A DNA stretch of 64,000 nt from Glaucostegus cemiculus. Taxonomy: Eukaryota. The notes below the pieces were generated by a model. That model saw nothing but the letters and a program-made list of their open reading frames with translations, ran no database searches and was not told where the DNA came from. The stretch covers positions 10,602,001 to 10,666,000 of the forward strand of contig CDPCPM010000091.1 in NCBI GenBank assembly GCA_976551045.1. Reading direction: 5' to 3'. Position numbers and translations under genes: made by a program. Shown here in pieces: positions 26,834-41,750 of this stretch (position 1 is its first letter; each line of letters opens with the position of its first letter).

Positions 26834-29361
26834 CTGAAATAATTATCCAAAGAAACAATAATCAGCGTTTCGACATTGAAAAGTTGCCTTTAACAATGAC
26901 TAAATGTCGCTATACCTGTTTATGCAACAGCACTGGCCAATTTTCAAAAAGGAAAACAATAGTTTCCGGATCATCCTAAACAATTCTTTCCCTGATGTTC
27001 ATTAAGCCAATGTATACATATTTTAAAAGAACAGTAACAGCGGAAAAGGCCCAAAATCTGAGATTTCTGGCCGCCCGTCAGTCTGAACCTCACGGTCACG
27101 TTTAAATCAGTTAGAACCTATCCTTTAACAAGGTGAGGAGTGCCTGTCATTCCCAGGTATTAATTACATGTCATGTTGAATTTTGATCGTGTATTTTATG
27201 AGAGGGGGGCAAGAATACGACTGGGCGTCAGCTCGACAAAAACAATAATTGGTAAATACTGCATTTGCCTAGCACCAAACCCCCCTCCTCAATATGTTGG
27301 GGAAAGGGATGGTGCCGTTATTTATTTTGTGAAGCGGCACAGCAAGTTTTGGGACCAAACAATGTCGTGTCTTAGTTTGTCGTTTCACCTTCTCTCCCTC
27401 TTCCATTCCCACCCAAGGGAAAAAAAAAACCCTCATAGTTTTTTGTTTGGTGCGATTTAGCCTGTGGAGTGAATCTGGTATTTATTTTTCAATTACACAC
27501 AATGATTTTTTTCTCTAAAAAGACAGTCTGTGAGTACGGTTGAGTAATTATTGAGCATTCGTTCTAACAGCAGCCAGATGGTGAGAGCTCTAGGTGTGTT
27601 CGCCTTCTCCTCGCTCGCCTTTCAGCGAGTCTTATCCAGCGAACAGTGCGCACAAACGCACCACGCTCCTTTACAACTCAGCTGAGCGCATCGGATCCCC
27701 AGTTCCAAGCTGTCTGTACCCTTATTATTCATGTAACGAGATTCGCTTTGCTCTCATTGTAACGAGCTAAACCTCCCCAGTCCAGATGCTTATTTTCTGA
27801 TTGTTGTCAATGAAATAAAACATGACTTAAGTTGGGAATGTTATTGTTTCCCCTCCTAATCGCCATTCCTGCGCGCTTTTTTTTTTGTTTCGTGTTTCCC
27901 TGTTTTCATTTTGCTGCAGAAATCCTAATCAGTAAATTAGTTGCTCTGCGCCGTTGACTCTTTGATCAGTTACATTGCTGTTTTCCATCAATCAAGTGAG
28001 ATTAGAGCTTTTACAAAGCCTCGTTTGCATCATTAAAATAGTAAGATGCGTGGCTCCGCGAGTAGATATCTCTTTAAAAAAAAGCCTCTTCATACCAAGC
28101 TGTTTAGAAGCAGTATATACACCCTTTTAATTAGGCTACGGCGATCTCGGCAAGCGTTTACCTTACAGATAAAATGGCAATAAAACCATGTTGTCACCTT
28201 TTAAAACACAGAGGAACGGTAAGGAGGTTTCTGACCTATTGAAATAACTGTGGCAAGTGGGAAGCAGCATTGGGGTTCTTACGATCAATGTCAATCCCGT
28301 GCCAGACTCAGGCCCTTAATTCCAAACCTAGACATCTATGGGTCATCTTATGATCTGCGCGGGCACTGCTTAACACTGTTCCTTTTTTTTTCCCAACTCG
28401 CAAAATCACTGCGTGATCACAAACTTAATTAGGAAATTTGAATGATGAGGAAGACATCTGATTCCATGAGATGAACGTATGGCACGTAACGTGTACCAAC
28501 TGCCCCCCTCCTCCATCCCCCCCCCCAAAAAAAAGCGCAAAAACTAAACAAGCAAAAATAACGGTTTTCAGCGGGCGGAGGAACGAGCAACACATTTGGG
28601 CAATTTCTGGAATTGTGTTCTTTATTTATTTATAATGCATTTGTGACAATAAAATTACAGTGCAATGTAAAACAAAGTGTATTGGGGAGATGGTGAAATA
28701 TTTGGCGACTTTCAATTGGAAATGTAAACGTGCCGACTCCCGTGGCTAATTACTGTGCAGTACTTTTGATCCACCATACTTATCATCTTTGAAGTTGCAG
28801 AAGACAGGCTAAATAATTTAATAAGCAACTGCCTGTAATTATGTTATTTACAAGGTATGACAGACAGATGATAAAGAAATACAGCTGATCTCAGGGAATG
28901 GGCTGCTTCGTGACCCCTGGCGCACCCACTCAAAGCTGCAGCTTCTGGGCAGGGGGGTAAAAAAAAGTGGAGCTGAATTATGGAGAATGGACTGAGAGGT
29001 GAATTGGAACTAGGAGAGGACAAGCTGACTTTTCACCTGAGCGCATTTAACTCCGCAGACAAATGGAGACGCCAAATGCCAGATCAGCCAGCTCCACAAT
29101 AACCAAATCACGCCCTTCTTCGCCAAGTGCGGATTTAACACTGGGAATTTCGGGGGGCACATGCATAGCAAAACTTAGCTGAACCCAAACAAATTTGCGT
29201 TGATTTCAAGACAGACAATTCATTTAAAATACTGCAACTTGCAAAACAAAAGTGTTGCTCTCCTACCAAAGCATGAGAAATTGTGTACAACGTAGGCTCT
29301 GAGGTTAAATGAGTAAACATTATAAAGCAAAAATTAAAGTGTTTTTTTTTGACTGGCTCAC

Positions 29362-29417
29362 CTGTTTGGTCATTGAATCGATGAGCCTGACGTACAAATC
29401 CTGTTCTGTTCGCACCC
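29362..29417 (-). CDS. EBF3: EBF3 coding exon 4 (56 nt)
   Basis: (G)VRTEQDLYVRLIDSMTKQ; acceptor ttccag|, donor |gtgagc. Confidence 0.97.
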
Positions 29418-30338
29418 CTGGAAATAAAGTAGTATCAAATTTAACGGCACTTAAAAAGGGAAACGTGCGTTATCAGTGGATGGACCGTCTCAAGATCCAG
29501 ATCATTCAACAACAGAAAGGCAAGTTTGCATACCACATCGCTCTGTTAAAGCACACTGTTAATTTGGCAAAATATGGAAGCTGGTGTCCTTGTAATGAAT
29601 GCAATAAAATGAGCTGATAGGCGATAAAACGTGAATAAAATATTCGTCAGAGAAATATAAACTGTATCCCAGGAAATTCATGAATTCTTGACATTTATTG
29701 TAAATTTTATGTTTAGTTGAAATGTGCAATTTGCAGTGCTGTGAAGCGTGGAGCGCTGGTCTTTGACGGGACGAATGTTTGTCCCATACTTTGTATATTT
29801 TCTTTTCGGACAGGTATTCCATTACAGTCAAACGGTGATAACTAATGTCACGGGTATACTTAATGTTTTGGTTATGATACTCAAATCTGGAGTTCATGGT
29901 CAATAGTGTAAACAGCAAGCCCAGAGCACTGTTTAAATCTTTTAGATCTAGAATTTTACTTTAAAGATTAGTTTTACTGTCTGCGTTTGACTCTTACAAA
30001 ATAGGACAATATGCTGCCCCACAGGATCACCATATAACAACGCCAAAAGGGCATGAAATTAAAAAAAAACCATTAAAATTGAACGAGGACTCTGCTTCAA
30101 GGGATGGGAACAACATCATGTTCACTTTCAAAGCCAAATGCCCGATAAATCAGAAGGAGCGACAGTGAATTTCCAATCTTTTAATTTTCTTTTTTCCACT
30201 TAATTGCTAAGCCATGTTGAACTTCAGAAATATACAAACAGCGACCTGTATCTACACCACATGACTCGCACCCAAACCCTATTAAAATAGAAAAAAGAAA
30301 ACCGGTACACCCCTCTGGATCAATTCAGTTCAACTTAC

Positions 30339-30402
30339 CATTGCTGTAGAGTAACTGAAGTTTGTAGTGTATTCCATTGTTGGTTTTTTCATTATTTGGC
30401 TC
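30339..30402 (-). CDS. EBF3: EBF3 coding exon 3 (64 nt)
   Basis: EPNNEKTNNGIHYKLQLLYSN(G); acceptor ttttag|, donor |gtaagt. Confidence 0.97.
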
Positions 30403-30742
30403 CTAAAAGCAACCGTTATAAATGAGTAATTATATAGTTCAATGTATTCCATAGTTTATTTTCCATGTCTCTTTAAATATATGTGTTTATAATTAACAGC
30501 TTGCCATGTCAGACTCTGGCTTATTAAGTATGCGGCGAGTCCTTGTTTTCTAGCAATAGGAAACATTTTACTTTTAGGCTTTTGTAATAAAATAATATTT
30601 ACACACAATGTCATAAACAGGCAGCTATTTTTCTTAGCAGCCGAGAGCTGTTATAACAAGCAGAACTACACGTGGTTTGGGCGCCTCTTGAGTACCGTTA
30701 GGCTTGTTAGTTATTGTGCACTTAAAGAGAAAATCATTTCTA

Positions 30743-31799
<1,057 letters not shown>

Positions 31800-31800
<1 letters not shown>

Positions 31801-32300
31801 CTGACAAGGTTCTCCTGCTCCAAAAGACAAATAAACGAAAAATGATTACCATAGAGGTGTTCCTGGACACAGGAGAGGTTGATTAGGGCCTTTAGCGTCT
31901 CACAGAATGGATGGAAACATACAAACTCAGCCCTCTTTCCCCTAGGAATGAATCCTTTCCCGGGAGCCAAAAACTCTAAACCCCCGGGACGGCCGCTGAC
32001 AGATTCTGACGTTTGGAAGGGGAGGGGTCTGCGGCCATGTATGGAGGTCTGATTAGCATAGCCAATCGGAGCGCTGCGACGCTGCTGATTGACAGGCACA
32101 ACCTGAGCCGCTTGCCTGAGCTGCCCCTCTTTTTTTTTTTGGCTCCCTGTGTAAATTCTTTTCCCCCTTTTTTCTTGTACCCAAATTTGACATCCAATAA
32201 AATCAAATGCAGACTTTATTATTAGCATAATGAATCCTTTAGGAGAAAAAAAAATACACGGCGAAGGTGAATTGTTTGTCTTCAAACAAGAAATTAAAAG
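31800..32300 (-). promoter_or_regulatory. EBF3 proximal promoter (GC/CpG-rich)
   Basis: CCAAT at 32062-32066, TGATTGACAG (PBX-PREP/MEIS decamer) at 32086-32095, YY1-like GCGGCCATGT at 32031-32040, CpG cluster just upstream of exon 1. Confidence 0.7.
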
Positions 32301-32535
32301 GGCAAAATTGTTACTTTAAACATAAACTGAAGTGGAGAACACTCAGATCAATACATGTAGCAAGAACTTGCGGCTGAAGTTTGTATTTAAACTTATAAAA
32401 TAGCGTGTGCAAACGATCCTACAAATAGTTGCTGAGCAATGCAATATATGGCCAGAAAATTAATAAAATGCTGCATAGAATCTACCTGACAAATTAATTA
32501 CAAACCTGAATTTTGCGTGTCTCTGGGCGTGTAAA

Positions 32536-32582
32536 TGTGCGTGCGTGTGTGTGTGTGTGTGTGCGTGTGTGTGTGTGTGTGT
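32536..32582. repeat. (TG)n microsatellite upstream of the promoter
   Basis: Interrupted TG run, seen directly. Confidence 0.95.
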
Positions 32583-35500
32583 TGGGGCGAGGGGTGTCTT
32601 TAATATTTATTTTATACACGTACTTGTCAAACAATGTGGCTTCTTTATGTACTTTGTTGTGTATAAAGTGCTGTATTACATTATTTTTTTCCTATCCATG
32701 TGATCATTATGGGTAAAAGATCTAGCTATGTTCACTGAATCAATATCCAAATTATGAGGTACATTTAGTACGAACAATATAAGGGCTGCATACGGCTGTG
32801 AATCAGAACGCCGATATGAAGTTAGATGATATAAAGATACGCGATCACCAGGAATTCCTGAAGATCCACATGTATTTCTAACTAGATTTTTGTTGACTAA
32901 AACTAGCCTTTCAGAGATATTAGCTTGTGCCCAGAGGAGGGGACCCTTGGGACGGAGGCTGCCCTGTGATTTTTTTTTAACTAAAGGTAGGAGCCCGGGC
33001 TGGTGGGAGAGAATCAGGGATAGTCACTTACTCAGGGATCAGCTCCTTCTCTTCGTTGGTATTAGCACTGCCATCCTTTATTTGACAATTGGCACCGTAC
33101 GTACGCTAATATTTTAATTAATCGGTGAAAATCGAAGTCCGAATTCTGTTATCAGGGGACACCATAACACTTGAATTTCAATAGTCCGCTGAGGGTGAGA
33201 AAGAGATGTGTTAGAGCAATCTATTTCCTGGTGTTGGGGGTTAATGACTATTGCGACAGATAAGTGAATTATCAAAGCTGTTGCTATTCCGATTTCAAAA
33301 TCCATTACTTTGCTGGCGTCTAATTAAATACGTAAGTATAATAAAATCATATTTTATGGCGATTGAAAGTAATAAGATTAGTCTTCAGAAGCAATCATCA
33401 CATATTAAGATGCCATATAGATCTACAGAATCCTAAGACTGTATTTTAAAATCAAAATGTGCAGGAGACAATACGCATAATAAATAAAATAAATTCTGAG
33501 CTGTATGAACCAGTGTTACATCGATCAGGTACATCTGTATTATTAACACAATTATTACATTTCAACCAAAAATAGATTTAACTTACAGCAAAGTATACCT
33601 TTTTTCTATTTTAAGTGTAATATTTGAAACTGTAAAGAGTTTAAGCGTATTGTAATTCTGTGAGTCACTTGTTTATACATATATGTAAAGCTCCGTTATA
33701 GTAAACATGCATTAGTAATTAATGAGTGTAGCAACACAAATAAAAATGGGTAATTTTAGCACTAACTAGTCGAAGTGAACACATTTTTACCAGCCATTTA
33801 TATAATTTTAAATATATTTAAAGTGTTTTTCCTTCAAATCTGATAAACGTGTTTTGCACCGTCACTTACAGTGTTCTCATACCAGATTACACCCGCCGAG
33901 GCGATTTAAATCTGATTACCAAATTATAGGGTTTTAGCCAAATCCTTTTAAAGCTGACTGTAAAACGCAACCTGAAAAGTTCCGCAAAACCGTCACAGAG
34001 GCTCATCCGTGCTGCACCCAAAGAGTTTTAAAACGTATTGGACAACAAATGCAGCTGCACCACTATTTTTTTTGAAGATATTAGGCGAAAATTAATGCAA
34101 ATCTGTGTTCAGAAGCCATCTGGCCAGAATAGGGGAATCAGCTGTTCCTCACAACAGGGTTTGGGCTGAATATATTTCGCTCATTTTCTATTCTCATCTG
34201 GTCTGGACGACGACTGCTCCAGACGATAGCGTGGAAAATACAACCTTTATCACCCACCCCAAATTTACCATTTTGACAAACTGTTTGCTACAACCCAAAT
34301 TTAATCGAGGGGAAATGTGACGACTCCGTATTGACACAACAATTTACCGCTGCCATTTCTTGTAGGGGAAGGGTCGCATAAAAGCGGCTCAAACTTCATC
34401 TCTTCAATGTAAAGTGACTTTGGCGTTCAAAAAAATAACTTTCCCCTGTTTTGAAGGCGTTTTCAATTTTTCTAGGTACCCTTTGTTCCCAGGGAGGAGA
34501 ATGCTAATAACACACCCGCCCGAATATCACCTTTAAGCATCAACAATTACACACGCGCTTTCCTCTTTGCAAGCAAACAGCTCCATCCTAAATGAAGCGA
34601 GATTGTCGAAGCATCTATTCGGTTGAAAAAAAAAGTAAACCCGCGGAACACATTTAAATAATTTACTACAATGGGGTAGGACAATGGGCCAGACAGTTTT
34701 ATGGACTGTTTGTTGTCAAATGTTGTTTGAATTATCTGGTTTAAAAATCATATTGGGAAGTCGGGACAGTTGTGTGGTGAAATACTGGGGATTCAGCTGG
34801 ATTCTTAGTTTGAGGAGTGAGCTAGCAAACACTGTTGGACAAAGAAAGAGAGCTAGAAGCTTGCGGGATTGAATCGGATTTGCATGGTCCAGTCAAAGAC
34901 CTCCCGAAGTAACGATCCTCCTTATTATGTGAAGTGTTCCTTTTGTAAATTTACGGTGAGAGTTGAATGATACACAGAATTTGCATATAAATAGCGACAT
35001 CAAGCGATTCGCGTGCCACACACCAGTGGTCTCCCAGATGTCAGGCCAAAGTCAGTCAGATGGACACTGGCAGTCCCAAGTCCCCCGCGCCAGCTGTCCT
35101 CTTCTCCCCATCATACCAGAGCACACTGAAAAATCACAATCGCCAACCAAATACACTGCTTTTCACCAAATCCCTGGCTTTGCCTTTCGCTTTAACCCTC
35201 AACCCCGTTTTACAAACGCTCTTTTTTGTGTGTGTGTGTGTGGACACTCGCCTGCCTTTGTTCAGTTTTAATGTAGTGGCTTTTAGATATTACTCCCTCC
35301 CCTCCCCCTCCCAGTCCCTCAAAAAAAAGTAGACGTCTTCTAAATGAATGCAACTGAGCTAATTGTTGGTGTTTACAAGTCCCCTTTTAAGAGAGAGAAA
35401 AAATATTCCTTACTGACTTTTAAAACAAAATACTTAAACCCACTCCACAATCGCTGGCGGGCGCTCAGGACTAGTTAGCGCACAAATAACGGTAGTTTTC

Positions 35501-38500
35501 AAATAAAGGTAACAAAATCGTAATGCGTCTAAAACTTGCGGTGAAGATTACACAAAGGGTTACAATGCAAACTCGTCTGATACAGTGCGAGGTGAGAACG
35601 GTAGGAGAAGCGAGGCAAGTCGAGTATGGGGGTCACTTCCGCAGTATGTAACATACATTCATTGCGTACCACACTAATTGTCTATTGCGTTTCTCGATCC
35701 AGTTAGGCACTTTTAATTGACCGCAATCTATTTTCCAACTTACGCAAAATAAACAAATATCTAACGCGCGTCATTTTTCCCCCCAAAGAAACGTTATAAT
35801 AGTCATTGAGGGATCTCTAACGCATCTATAATAAAAGCCACAAATTGACTGATCGATTAAAAATGTTTCGCCCCCTTTTTACAGTTCACTTCCACACAGA
35901 TGTAATGACAACTTAATGAAAATAGCACGATTCATAAATGAGTTCTCCGCACTCCTGTATTACCACGCGTTATGTGATTTTTATTTTGGTTTTAATCAAT
36001 TGAAACTACGGTTAGCTGATATTTTGAGCATTTTTTTTACCCCAGGAAAATCTATTCCATTAAGCGCTTTGCAGAGATTTAGCGGAAAGCCTTAATCCCT
36101 GTTTTCACGTTACAACCTGTAAGGTGCACATTTGACAAATAGCGCCGCCTCGGGAGGCCCGGAGACGCGGCTTTGGGATCAATCTGGACTCCATCAACAG
36201 CTCGCCAACATCGCAATGTGGAGAGGAGCCCGTTGATCACACTAAGATTTCCTTACCAACTTTCCCCGAACATCCCTCAGAACTAAGAAACCTCTCCATG
36301 CACACCAGATACATCGCATTCCCGTTCTCAGGTGCCTGTCCCTGATCGCCTGCAACTTTAGAGCTGTTAATTTTTCCACCGCGCATTAATTAATACCCAG
36401 ATCGGCAACTTTTTTTTTCTGTTAACAGAAGTACATAAAATCAGCTGCATCCCTCAAAATATTTTTTCTGAAACTGATGCAGAGTTTCATCATTGGTCTC
36501 GTTGCGGCGTGGGTAGCAATTCGTAAATGGCAGTGATTTGGAAACGCCAGAGATCACGATTTGTCGGCAATATGCAACTTTTCCCCACTTTTCGCTTGTG
36601 AGGTAAATAGCACACGGCCACTGTTTGTGAAGTAGACCGTCATTAGAGAAGTGGGGTAGATCTCAAAGCGGGTCACACTGGGGTTACATTTTGTGAGCCT
36701 CGCAATAAATACCAATTGTGGATTTTTGCCTGACAGGAAGGAAAACGTGAAACGGGGCACCTCACAAGTCAGGGAACTGCTTTTACACCCACTTCCCACC
36801 TTACACCTGAACATATTTTAGCGTATTCTCCGCTCGCGAGAAACTTCAAGCATTCTATATATCGGGAGACACTGGTAAACATCCCAAAACTTGGTTACTG
36901 CAGTGCGCACATTTTAGAGCCGTTCCGACAATAGGAGGTTTTTTTGGGGGGAGGTGGGGTGTATCAAACATTGCGCATCCGGGGTGAGAATATCAATGAA
37001 ACGACCAGTCTGGATTAAAAAAAACATAATTCATTAAAATCACGCAAGGTTCAATGCTAAATCTGCCTTAGTCCCAACTTTATTTTGTTCCCAACCTCAG
37101 GAAGTTCGCTGCATTGTGCAAATTCTAACTTCCCGATCTCAGGAAAAGCAGAGATGGAATTTGCCCGGAGAAGGATCGATTGCATTATTTTAAATATTGT
37201 AATACGCATTAATGAAAGACACTTCGTTTTAATTAATTCTGATATTTTTTTTTTGTAAGCGCCGGGACGTTGATGTCATATTTAATATGTTCAATCCAGA
37301 TGTCATACCTAGGGTGAGAGTCAGTGATGGAGTGAAGCTATAGTTTAATTCATGGAGGAAAATTGTAGAGCACTGCTGGGGACTGACTTTTGTATTCCAA
37401 TTGCAAAAACACGGATTCAAATATGACTATTTTGAAACAGCCAAAACGTAATATGCATTTTCAAACTCTACCTTTCAAAATCGGATACCGTAGACAATGA
37501 ATATTATATACTAATAACCGGTAGGGAAACTTCCAATCTACTGCTCTTTAGAGTATTGTATTTAATATAAAAATATTCGAAGATAAAATCTAAACCCCTC
37601 ATTTTAACAGACTGCAATTCTAATCGCGTATCTCATGTAGTATAGGCGCTGCATAAGAAATAATTTCCATTAAAATTTGGTATATTTTCATACTAATAGA
37701 ACTATTGATTGGAAAGCTGTTGCCAATTTACTTTTTGTAATGCCACGCCGCAATTTGCATTTATTCAACAGATCGTAATGAAGAAAGAAAGCTGGGCGGT
37801 TTGGCTGCCGAAAGCGTAGCTGGGGGGCAATGCAAGAACATAGATTGCTTCCAGTCAATTAATATGCAGTTTGTCCCAATAAAAGAAGGTGTGGAAATAA
37901 AATAAGACACTGAGGACTTCCTCACCATTAAGATTAGTCAACGAGATTTCCAAATTTGTTGTTAGGCATGAGATGCTCTTCTAACTGACAGTAATTTGTT
38001 AAACTACCAGAGATGCTCCCGCACACTTGAAACTGCCAAAGAGGTATTACCCTTGAACTAGATCTAAATTATTCAGCAGGTTAATTTACTTAAAGAAAAC
38101 ATGGACAAAGTTAAATACAGTATTACATCCCGGGATGTGTTTGCCTGCAAATAATTTGGAGGGAATGAATACTATGAGTTAGAACAAAGTTTGATTCTAA
38201 TACATTGGCTTAGTAAAATTAATTTGAAAAGAGGGTAACAATATTTGCTGTAGGAAATTGCATAATAGGAACATGAATGGCAAACATATTTAATCTGCAT
38301 TTTAACAGCTAATTTTTGTTTTTGACAGAGGCACGTTTTTCCCTATATTTAGAGTTAGCGTTTTAACGCAGATGGCATCAATGAATAACAACAGATAAGC
38401 TAACTTCTTGCAATCAAAGATTATTAGCAACGGTTTTGGATAGCGATCAAAAAATTGCAACCCCCGTATTATGGTGACAGTGCGCCACCTAAAGGAACCT

Positions 38501-41500
38501 TTGCGTATAACCAGGGTAACAACTTAGGAGTTTAAAACTTAAACAATACCGTTCATTTTGAATTCTCACGTAGATTTTATGTTCTGATGATCTTTTCAGG
38601 ATACTTTTTGCTAAAATACAACGTTAGCCAACAGTTCATTTGCGTTCGTCAATTTTGTTTCATGGAGAAATATTCGCAAGTTAAGAAAACGCACCCCATA
38701 GAAAACATATTTCAAACGTATACACCTCCTGCAACATAATCAAATGAATTAAAAGTGGCCACATTCTGATTATTGATTAATGGCAAGATAGAAGACTACA
38801 AAGTTAATGACTTAACCTCAGAAGTGACTGGTGGGTTGACATACCTGTCTCTCAGATGGCTTATGCTAGAGATTTTTTTTTCTTTTTTATATATTTTAAC
38901 ATCAATCTGGATTTGAGCTCAATGAACTCAACTTCACCTACTGAACATTGAATGCACTATCAAGGAAATGACCACCTTGAATAAATCAACAATATTCCTG
39001 ACAGATCGATCAATTTGTGGTTGTTTACTTTTGGAATTGATTCGTGGCCATTATAATACTTTAAACCATCTACCTTTGACGCTGCTCTACATGATGGAGG
39101 ATAGAGTTTCAATCTTAAAACCGAATGAGGAAATGCCCTCATTGACAGAAAGCACACTCAAATAACATCGATTTGTTTAAAACTTTTAACGTTGTTTGTG
39201 CCGTTTATCACACCTTACAAATAACGAAGGGATGCAAGGGCGGGAAAGATTTTTGGGATGAATTTGATCTGTAAAGCATGGATGAATAATGAACGTAACC
39301 CAAATATTTACGTGACACATTGTTATTAAACAGAACGTAATTAAGAATGAACATTTCGAAAAGTTGAAAATATCTTATTTATTGCATACTAATATAATTA
39401 GCCATAATAAATACACAATACATATCTATAATAATTATCCATGATATGCCAACACACATCCATGTATACCAATCTGTAAATTCATTATTTACATGGACGT
39501 GTTTAAACTCAAATTATTTTAGAGAAAACAGTGAAAATATCTTATGAACTGCTGGTAACATGTCTACGAACTATATGTGAAATTATACCAAATAACAGCG
39601 AAAGGGATCTTTAAACGCAAAATAAAGAGAGCGTGTCTGACTATAACCTATAACTGAGACTGTTATGGCATGTCAAGGTAGTGTGAAATCTAGAACATCG
39701 CTTACCTTTCATGGACAATTAGACACTAGACAGATTTTCCTTTAAAGCCAAAGTCGGAACTATTTACCCGTCATGTTGTGTTTATTTATGTACTGTGAAA
39801 GCGTGATCCTGGGCTAGTTTAGTTACTTACAGGGAGAATCTTTGCAATTTCTGTCTGCAACTCAAATTGGGGTCGTGTGGCCAGTGCAAACCCCGCTCAG
39901 ACGCAAGCGCAGTCTAACCGGTCCGGGGGGACAGGAGGTGGTTCTGTGCTTCATGGCTTTGTCTTTGGCGTGTTAAAACTGATCTGGGAGAGGGATGAGC
40001 GACTCCGAGCAAAGAACTTCAGACAAGTGGTGGTGGGGCGAGGTGGGGTGGGTTCCACAGAGTCCTGAGCCGCGGGTGCATTTTCTCCAGCGAGGGCAGA
40101 GGTCCATTTAGAAAAGGACAGCCTCTCTTCTCCCACCTCCCCCTCAGGATAAATGCAAATGTTATGACAACTTCTCAAGTGTTGAAGGTTAAACATTTAA
40201 GTGTTTTAAAAGTGTCAGAATCTGAGCGAGCGTTGACTGGAACTGTGCGCCGCTTCCTGAAGTGACTGTCTATGCCCAACAGTGTTGGAATTCCCTTGCT
40301 CGGTGAACTATTGGAAAGCGGGTCACGGTGTGAAAGGGCACGTACCGGGTGACCCTGGAGTTCAGTTCAAATGTGGCAGTCGTTCCACAGGGGAACAGCA
40401 ACAAGCAGCCTTACAAAACTTCCCAGCACTCACACACACACACACACACATGTCTGTCATTCAAGTGAATGCGAACAGGGTGTGGAGCAAGTCTTGCTGC
40501 AGAGTTGAAGACATGCAACAGAAACAATTCAAAGGGGGGCATAATGTGACCAGACAAAATTTGCATCCACCTTTCATTCTTTGCGTGGTCTTTGGAGTAA
40601 TTGCGGTGATGACATCCATCCTCTGCACACCATAATTTTCATTCACTCAATCCTTTTGAAATTGTTGAACCTTTAGAGGAACCCAAAAGCTCAGGATTGT
40701 TTTTAAAGCTACCAAAAGTAATTTTGGAAATACAGTGTCTGTAGTCAGGCATTTTAAGGTTGGTTACCTGTAAATGATTTTTATTTCCTTGCTTGGTTGA
40801 GTGAAGCAAACTGAATAGGAATGCCAATGTACGTATAGAATGTGCAAAAATGTTTTGATAAAAATTAAGATTTCACTCAAAATTTAACAGCCCGGGCATT
40901 GGCATATTTAACAATATAATTACATGTAAAGGGTTGCTTTTGAGTGAGCCGCCAGCTAATTAAGGTGTTCCGATTATGTCAAAAACCATTAAGGGGAAAG
41001 TTCAAGTAGACCATAAACATGGTCTGAACTTTGAGATGCAGCAATACTATTTAACTCACACTTTGGTACCTATTATGTTTCCAGATCATTATGCCACTTA
41101 TAGCTAATTAGGAAGCTGATTTTATGATGTCAGAAGACATTCAACAGTCTGAGAGGCCTGGGACATTCATTCTCCAGCAGTGTATGTTCTGTTTCCATGG
41201 GAACTTGGACCTTAAAGCCAATGATGGAATTCAGCAATCAAGTATGTTTTTAAACAGCACTGTTTGTTTCCCAGAGGTCACACAATATAGTCATTAAATT
41301 AATGATAATCAGAAATAGTATCTGCAATATCTTTTCTTTAAATGATTTCTAAAACAAACAGGTTTTTGTAATATTTGTAAAATCATATTTTATGAAGCAA
41401 GTTGATGTATCTTCCCTCCATTTCTTGCTCTAGTCTGTCTGGTTTGACATGTCAGAATTTCAGAAAGCAAGGAACTTACATTTGAGTTTAAGATGCTCAT

Positions 41501-41652
41501 TCCATTTTATAGTTAAAATATATACGTTACTTTATGCTTATGACAATTAAAAATTTACTTTTTTTACTTCTTCTGCCTTGTCTGGACCACATCAGCACTG
41601 TGGTAGATGATATTTGGAGAATAAAATTATATTCCATATGCCATTACTATAA

Positions 41653-41750
41653 TGGAATTGGAATTGGTTTATTACTGTCACGTGTACCAAGATACAATGA
41701 AAAAGTTAGTTTTGCAAGGCATTGATACAGATCATTTCAAAACATAAGAA
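41653..41750 (-). mobile_element. Short Rex1/Babar 3' tail fragment
   Basis: GAATTGGTTTATTACTGTCACGTGTACCAAGATACA matches the reverse complement of the tail at ~8895-8935 and the copy at 59.7 kb. Confidence 0.75.

Noticed and set aside
38125-38138. Perfect palindrome ACATCCCGGGATGT as an EBF site
   Set aside because: Lacks the 2-bp spacer of TCCCNNGGGA, and a 14-bp palindrome is expected by chance in 64 kb.
40997-41032. Small hairpin as an ncRNA
   Set aside because: Short bulged stem with no family features.
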